A stretch of 38,807 nt of DNA, taken from NCBI GenBank assembly GCA_016206875.1, contig JACQQR010000267.1, positions 1-38,807 on the forward strand, in the 5' to 3' direction. Origin of the DNA: Candidatus Omnitrophota bacterium (lineage in GTDB: Bacteria > Omnitrophota > Omnitrophia > Omnitrophales > JACROU01). This document shows, piece after piece, positions 32,525-38,807 of this stretch. Positions within the stretch are counted from its first letter, which is position 1, and the number at the start of each line of letters is the position of its first letter. The notes under the pieces are model-generated. The model did not search any database and was not told where the DNA came from. It worked only from the letters and a program-made list of their open reading frames with translations. The position numbers were made by a program, and so were the translations under genes.

Positions 32525-34825
32525 ATGAGTGAGCATGCAATTGTTCTACCAAAATTAGGGCCGGTGGAAATCGGTTTATTATGGTTTGTTCTCGCTTCAG
32601 CGTTGATTGGGCTTCTGTACGGCGCTTTTTTAGCATGGAAAGTGCTTAAAGAAAGCCGCGGCTCTCGGGAAATGATTGAAGTGCAGCAAGCCATTCAGGA
32701 AGGCGCGCGAGGTTATTTGTTCCGCCAATTTTCCGTGATGTCTGTGATTGTAGTCGTCGTCGCTATCGGACTTTTCTTTATTTACAAGCCTCTCTACCCC
32801 ACACTGCCTCATATCCCCTGGGGCGTGGCCATTGCCTTTTTAGCGGGTTGTATAGCTTCAGCCGGCGCCGGTTATGTGGGAATGCATTTAGCCGTGCGGG
32901 CCAACGCGCGTGTAGCGAATGCCGCTTTATCGAGTTTTAAAAAAGCCCTGGAAATCGCTTTTCAGGCCGGAACAGTATCCGGCATGTTCACCGTAGGATT
33001 GGGTTTGATGGGCGCCACATTAATTTTTCTCATTTTCGGTGAGAACGCGATGAAAGTTTTAATCGGATTCGGCTTTGGCGGATGTTTGGTGGCCTTATTC
33101 ATGCGTGTCGGCGGCGGCAATTACACCAAAGCGGCTGATGTAGGAGCCGACTTGGTAGGCAAAGTAGAAAAGAATATTCCCGAAGATGACCCGAGAAATG
33201 CGGCCGTGATTGCAGATAACGTGGGGGATAATGTGGGTGATTGCGCCGGAATGGCCGCGGACGTCTTTGAAAGTTATGAAGTTACGCTGGTGGCCGCGAT
33301 TATTTTAGGGGCGGCTACGCTCCTGGATCCCACCTTTGTGGCAATGTACGGAGGGATGGCTGCCGCGTCTGCCATGGCTCTAAAACTCATCATTTATCCT
33401 CTTTTGGTGCGCGCCGCAGGCGTGTTCGCCAGCATTATCGGCACCTGGAGCGTGCGGGGTGAAGACAAGGAAGATTTTAATCCTATGTGGCCTATCAACG
33501 TGGGTTTTTGGGTGGCCGCGGGAATTTCCACAGTGGGGTTTTTTATCGTGAATTTGCTTTATCTGCACGGACCGGACGGAAAAACCGATTTCCGGTTTTT
33601 CTTTGCGACATTGGTTGGAATTATTTTGGCGCTTGTGATCAGCCATTTAACCGAATATTTCACGGCAGTGGATAAGAAGCCCGTTGAAGAAGTGGCTTAT
33701 TCCGCTAAAACCGGGCCGGCCACCATGCTCTTGAGCGGTTTTAGTCTCGGCCTGGAAAGCAGCGTGTGGAGCATTGTAGCCATCGCCTTAACCATCATCA
33801 GTTCCTTTTTGATTTTTCATGGAAACTTGGCGCTGAGCGCTTACGGTGTCGCCTTATCCGGCCTTGGTCTTTTAACTACCACCGGATTTATTTTGGCCAT
33901 GGACACCTACGGGCCGATTTCTGACAACGCCAACGGCGTTTTTGAAATGTCCGGAGCGCTCAAGGAAGAGGACAAGCACAAAAATGTGAAAGCAAGCCGC
34001 ATCGTAGCCAAGCTGGACGCAGTAGGGAATACAACAAAAGCCCTCACAAAAGGTTTTGCCATCGCTACAGCCGTGATTGCAGCCGTTTCTTTATTCCGCT
34101 CTTATGTGGAAGAAGCGGGTCTCGTCGAGACAGGGATTCAAATCAATTTTCCGGAAGTATTTATTGGGTTATTGATTGGCGGAGCGGTTCCGTTCTTATT
34201 TTCTTCTTTTGCTATACGCGCCGTGGGGCGTTCCGCGTTTATGGTGGTTGAAGAAGTGCGTCGCCAGTTTAGGGAAATTCCGGGATTGATGGAAGGCAAA
34301 GCAAAACCTGAATATTTTCGTTGTGTGAATATCGTGACCGCCGCCGCGCAAAAGGAATTGTTGGCTCCGGCTATTTTAGCTATCTGCACGCCGGTGCTCG
34401 TTGCCTTTGCCCTAGGCTATGCGCAGCCTCTTCAAGGGGCTGCCGCGTTGGGCGGATATTTGGCGGGAGCTATTTTAAGCGGCCAATTGATGGCTGTATT
34501 TTTGTCCAATGCCGGCGGGGCTTGGGATAACGCCAAGAAACGCATTGAAGAAGGTCTTCTGGGCGGAAAGGGCACTGAAGCGCATAAGGCAGGCGTCATT
34601 TGCGACACGGTGGGCGATCCGTTTAAAGACACTGCAGGCCCGGCGCTGAATCCTTTAATCAAAGTCATGAACTTGGTGGCGATTTTAATCGCTCCTATTG
34701 CTATTAAAGATATCTCTGTTGAAGTCAGAACGCTGATTGTTGTAGTGATGCTATTAGCCTTGGGCATAGCCGTCTACATGAGTAAAAGGGAAATTGCCTA
34801 CGAGGTGGGCATCACAAAGAAATAG
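32525..34825 (+). CDS. hppA: Membrane-integral H+-translocating pyrophosphatase, K+-independent signature
   Basis: It has DVGADLVGKVE, DNVGDNVGDCAGMAADVFESY, DTVGDPFKD and about 16 hydrophobic segments. GNTTKALT carries Lys and Thr at the two positions that distinguish K+-independent enzymes. Confidence 0.93.
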   Translation: MSEHAIVLPKLGPVEIGLLWFVLASALIGLLYGAFLAWKVLKESRGSREMIEVQQAIQEGARGYLFRQFSVMSVIVVVVAIGLFFIYKPLYPTLPHIPWGVAIAFLAGCIASAGAGYVGMHLAVRANARVANAALSSFKKALEIAFQAGTVSGMFTVGLGLMGATLIFLIFGENAMKVLIGFGFGGCLVALFMRVGGGNYTKAADVGADLVGKVEKNIPEDDPRNAAVIADNVGDNVGDCAGMAADVFESYEVTLVAAIILGAATLLDPTFVAMYGGMAAASAMALKLIIYPLLVRAAGVFASIIGTWSVRGEDKEDFNPMWPINVGFWVAAGISTVGFFIVNLLYLHGPDGKTDFRFFFATLVGIILALVISHLTEYFTAVDKKPVEEVAYSAKTGPATMLLSGFSLGLESSVWSIVAIALTIISSFLIFHGNLALSAYGVALSGLGLLTTTGFILAMDTYGPISDNANGVFEMSGALKEEDKHKNVKASRIVAKLDAVGNTTKALTKGFAIATAVIAAVSLFRSYVEEAGLVETGIQINFPEVFIGLLIGGAVPFLFSSFAIRAVGRSAFMVVEEVRRQFREIPGLMEGKAKPEYFRCVNIVTAAAQKELLAPAILAICTPVLVAFALGYAQPLQGAAALGGYLAGAILSGQLMAVFLSNAGGAWDNAKKRIEEGLLGGKGTEAHKAGVICDTVGDPFKDTAGPALNPLIKVMNLVAILIAPIAIKDISVEVRTLIVVVMLLALGIAVYMSKREIAYEVGITKK

Positions 34826-34869
34826 TGACTGTCACTTTAGTGACTGTCACTATTTCTTTTTTCTTTTTT
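34821..34869. terminator. Palindromic element copy 2 (inverted orientation: GTGACTGTCAC-TTTA-GTGACTGTCAC) plus a T-rich tract; hppA terminator
   Basis: AATAGTGACTGTCACTTTAGTGACTGTCACTATT is the reverse complement of the 4106-4140 core. The hppA stop TAG (34823-34825) lies in the left arm. TTTCTTTTTTTCTTTTTT follows. Confidence 0.6.
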
Positions 34870-34871
34870 GG

Positions 34872-34910
34872 GAGAGGTGACAGTCACTAAAGTGACAGTC
34901 ACCTCTTTTT
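34872..34910. terminator. Palindromic element copy 3 (GAGAG-GTGACAGTCAC-TAAA-GTGACAGTCAC-CTCTTTTT)
   Basis: It has the same 26-nt core as at 4110-4135 but different flanks. A T5 run ends 4 nt before the next ATG (34914). Confidence 0.55.
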
Positions 34911-34913
34911 ATT

Positions 34914-35636
34914 ATGCGATATGTTGTTTTTTCCGACACCCATTCCAATCTTGAGGCACTGGGCACATTCCTCGATTACACAAAAAATCTAAACATCGAT
35001 CGCTATCTCATGCTTGGGGATATAGTGGGTTATGGCGCCAATCCTCAAGAAGTGTGCGACTTGGTTTTTAAGACTGCAGACACTATTCTTCTTGGCAACC
35101 ATGACCAGGCTATTTATGACGATACCTTGCTGGACTGGTTTCATGATGAGGCTAAAGAAGCTATTCTCTGGACCCGTAAGCACCTCAATGCCTCCACTGT
35201 AGAGCGGCTCGCTTCTTTAGGTTACACCAGAGTGGAAGAAGGGTTTACCCTGGTTCATTCAAGCCCGTACCAGCCTGAAACTTTTCCCTATATTGACGAC
35301 CGGAAATCCTCCTTGAAAGCTTTCCGTGCTTTTGCAACACCTCTTTGTTTTGTGGGGCACACGCATGTGCCCGCCTTATTTTCTAAACAACAACACGCCG
35401 CTTATTACCTGAAAGAAGGCACTTATCAATTATCCAAAGGAGATCGATATATAATCAATTGCGGAAGTTTGGGGCAGCCGCGGGATCCGGATAAAAGGCT
35501 TTCTTTCGGCGTTTTTGATGAAGAGGCATATACCGTGCAAATTATCCGTCTGAATTACCCCAGTCATGAAACCGCCCAAAAAATCCGCGATGCGGGTTTG
35601 CCTCGTTATTTTGCTGCGCGCCTTTTATCGCAATAG
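34914..35636 (+). CDS. Metallophosphoesterase (calcineurin-like, YfcE/MJ0936-type)
   Basis: It has the motifs FSDTHSN, GDIVGYG, GNHD, GHTH and NCGSLGQPRD. Confidence 0.85.
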   Translation: MRYVVFSDTHSNLEALGTFLDYTKNLNIDRYLMLGDIVGYGANPQEVCDLVFKTADTILLGNHDQAIYDDTLLDWFHDEAKEAILWTRKHLNASTVERLASLGYTRVEEGFTLVHSSPYQPETFPYIDDRKSSLKAFRAFATPLCFVGHTHVPALFSKQQHAAYYLKEGTYQLSKGDRYIINCGSLGQPRDPDKRLSFGVFDEEAYTVQIIRLNYPSHETAQKIRDAGLPRYFAARLLSQ

Positions 35637-35643
35637 GAAATAA

Positions 35644-37674
<2,031 letters not shown>

Positions 37675-37677
37675 TTT

Positions 37678-38577
37678 ATGCAAACACAAAATCAACTGAT
37701 GGATTGGCTAAGACAATTTCTCAACTACCTGGCCGTAGAAAGAAGATTGGCCTCAAATACGCTCCTGGCTTATGAACGGGATTTAAAAGATTATCTCGCC
37801 TTTCTTCATTCAAAAAAGATCCGGGATTTAGCTGGAGTAACCCCCAACGCCATACGGGAATTTCTGTTGGGTTTGAAGGATAAAGGATTCACCACGTCCA
37901 CGCTTTCGCGCCGGCTGGTGGCTATCAAAGTATTTCACAGATTTCTGGTGCGGGAGCGCTATTTGAAACAGGACCCGACCTCTATCCTAGAGTCTCCAAA
38001 AACCTGGAAACGCTTGCCTCATTCTTTATCTCAAGCGGATGTTGAGAGAATATTGCAAGCGCCCAGTCCCAAAACAAGCCAGGGAGTGCGGGATAAAGCC
38101 ATTCTGGAGCTGTTGTATGCCACAGGCATGCGTGTTTCAGAGATGGCTGACCTCAAGCTGTCGGATATTCAATGGGAAAGTTTGGTTCTGAAATGCACGG
38201 GAAAAGGAAATAAACAAAGAATTGTGCCGCTTGGCTCCATAGCCGCCCGGGCTGTACAGGAATATTTACGGCGCATCCGGGGAAAAATTTCCACACGGGC
38301 CAATGAATTATTTCTGAGCCGTCAAAAAAAGAAATTGACTCGCCAAAGCCTGTGGCAAGTGATTAAACAACGCGCCCGGGCGGCTGGAATTACGAAACGA
38401 ATTACGCCGCACACCTTTCGCCACTCCTTTGCCACGCATATGCTGGAAGGAGGAGCGGATCTCCGTGTAGTGCAGGAACTATTAGGGCACTCCGATATTA
38501 GCACCACACAAATTTACACCCATGTTTCCACCGACCGCCTTAAAGGCATACACGCCAAATTTCATCCCCGTGCGTAA
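37678..38577 (+). CDS. xerD: Tyrosine recombinase XerD (chromosome dimer resolution)
   Basis: LLYATGMRVSE, HTFRHSFATHMLEGGADLRVVQELLGHSDISTTQIYTHV and the terminal FHPRA match XerD closely along the whole length. Confidence 0.85.
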   Translation: MQTQNQLMDWLRQFLNYLAVERRLASNTLLAYERDLKDYLAFLHSKKIRDLAGVTPNAIREFLLGLKDKGFTTSTLSRRLVAIKVFHRFLVRERYLKQDPTSILESPKTWKRLPHSLSQADVERILQAPSPKTSQGVRDKAILELLYATGMRVSEMADLKLSDIQWESLVLKCTGKGNKQRIVPLGSIAARAVQEYLRRIRGKISTRANELFLSRQKKKLTRQSLWQVIKQRARAAGITKRITPHTFRHSFATHMLEGGADLRVVQELLGHSDISTTQIYTHVSTDRLKGIHAKFHPRA

Positions 38578-38591
38578 AGAGAACCTATGCT

Positions 38592-38806
38592 GGGTGCATA
38601 CCAAAAAAAGCAGTGAAAATCAACATTATTGTATACGCGGCCCCTCTCCCTTTTAAGGGAGAGGGGGAGGGGTGAGGGTTTGGCGCTACCACCCACCCTC
38701 ACCCTGCCTGCCGGCAGGCAGGCTTTAATCCCTCTCCCTCTCGCGAGGGAGAGGGGCCGCATTTAAAAGTGACCTCAATTTTCACTGCCTAAAGTGATAT
38801 GCACCC
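38592..38806. repeat. MITE-like element: serial GGGAGAGGG/GGGTGAGGG hairpins bounded by 29-nt imperfect inverted repeats
   Basis: The left end GGGTGCATACCAAAAAAAGCAGTGAAAAT (38592-38620) matches the reverse complement of 38778-38806 at 23 of 29 positions. The interior holds CCCCTCTCCCTT/AAGGGAGAGGGG, GGGGTGAGGGT/ACCCTCACCC, the palindrome TGCCTGCCGGCAGGCA and TTAATCCCTCTCCCTC/AGGGAGAGGGGC. It runs to the window edge. Confidence 0.55.
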
Positions 38807-38807
38807 C

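Noticed and set aside
32119-32694. A 191-aa minus-strand ORF, and the + strand ORF 32305-32499, both spanning the tRNA region
   Set aside because: Both run straight through a well-folded tRNA-Pro gene and its structured trailer. They also overlap the ends of the DUF192 and hppA genes. I see no coding signal.
37678-38577. The tyrosine recombinase as a phage or ICE integrase marking a mobile element
   Set aside because: It resembles chromosomal XerD along its full length, including the LLYATG.RVSE, HxxRH and LGHSD.STTQIYTHV motifs and the HPRA C-terminus. Its size (299 aa) fits, and no phage or conjugation genes are adjacent. Its closeness to the MITE-like repeat is noted but not taken as evidence of mobility.

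Overview
This is a 38.8-kb chromosomal segment from a bacterium I cannot name: GC looks moderate by eye and the window has no rRNA or other marker. I support 36 protein-coding genes and one tRNA. All of them are on the + strand, tightly packed, with several stop/start overlaps (TAATG at scpB/pheA; ATGA at tyrS/ABC and at GldG-like/DUF4340-like). Every minus-strand ORF in the track looks like an antisense shadow.

Most of the content is core housekeeping, in this order:
- trpS and scpA-scpB
- an aromatic amino-acid block, pheA-hisC-aroF-tyrA
- rpsA and tyrS
- a GldA/F/G-like ABC-2 module plus a DUF4340-like gene
- yggS-proC-yggT-DUF167
- a purine nucleoside phosphorylase and ileS
- a signalling block: a GAF histidine kinase, a stand-alone receiver and a GAF-HD-GYP protein
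- a three-gene module led by a ParA/MinD ATPase fused to an AMPK-beta-like CBM48 domain
- a COG1579 zinc-ribbon coiled-coil protein
- a truncated dcw head (mraZ, an inserted STAS gene, rsmH, ftsL, ftsI, then no mur genes)
- DUF192, tRNA-Pro(CGG), a K+-independent-type H+-pyrophosphatase, a metallophosphoesterase, ligA and xerD

I see no CRISPR array, transposase, prophage or recognisable defence genes.

The best candidate for something undescribed is the ParA-CBM48 module at 24173-26878. It contains a P-loop-less ParA-like paralogue and an orphan protein, and may be a cargo- or granule-positioning system. It lies between a c-di-GMP-type signalling block and the division cluster.

The non-coding DNA also holds structure that the genes do not explain:
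- a three-copy GTGACWGTCAC-TAAA-GTGACWGTCAC palindrome family
- a two-copy ~75-nt double-hairpin element, at 255-330 and 20644-20717
- a hairpin-rich GGGAGAGGG/GGGTGAGGG repeat family at both window edges, one copy bounded by 29-nt inverted repeats
- a phased triple AAGTGGTG operator in front of mraZ

All family calls come from reading motifs by eye. No database search was run.
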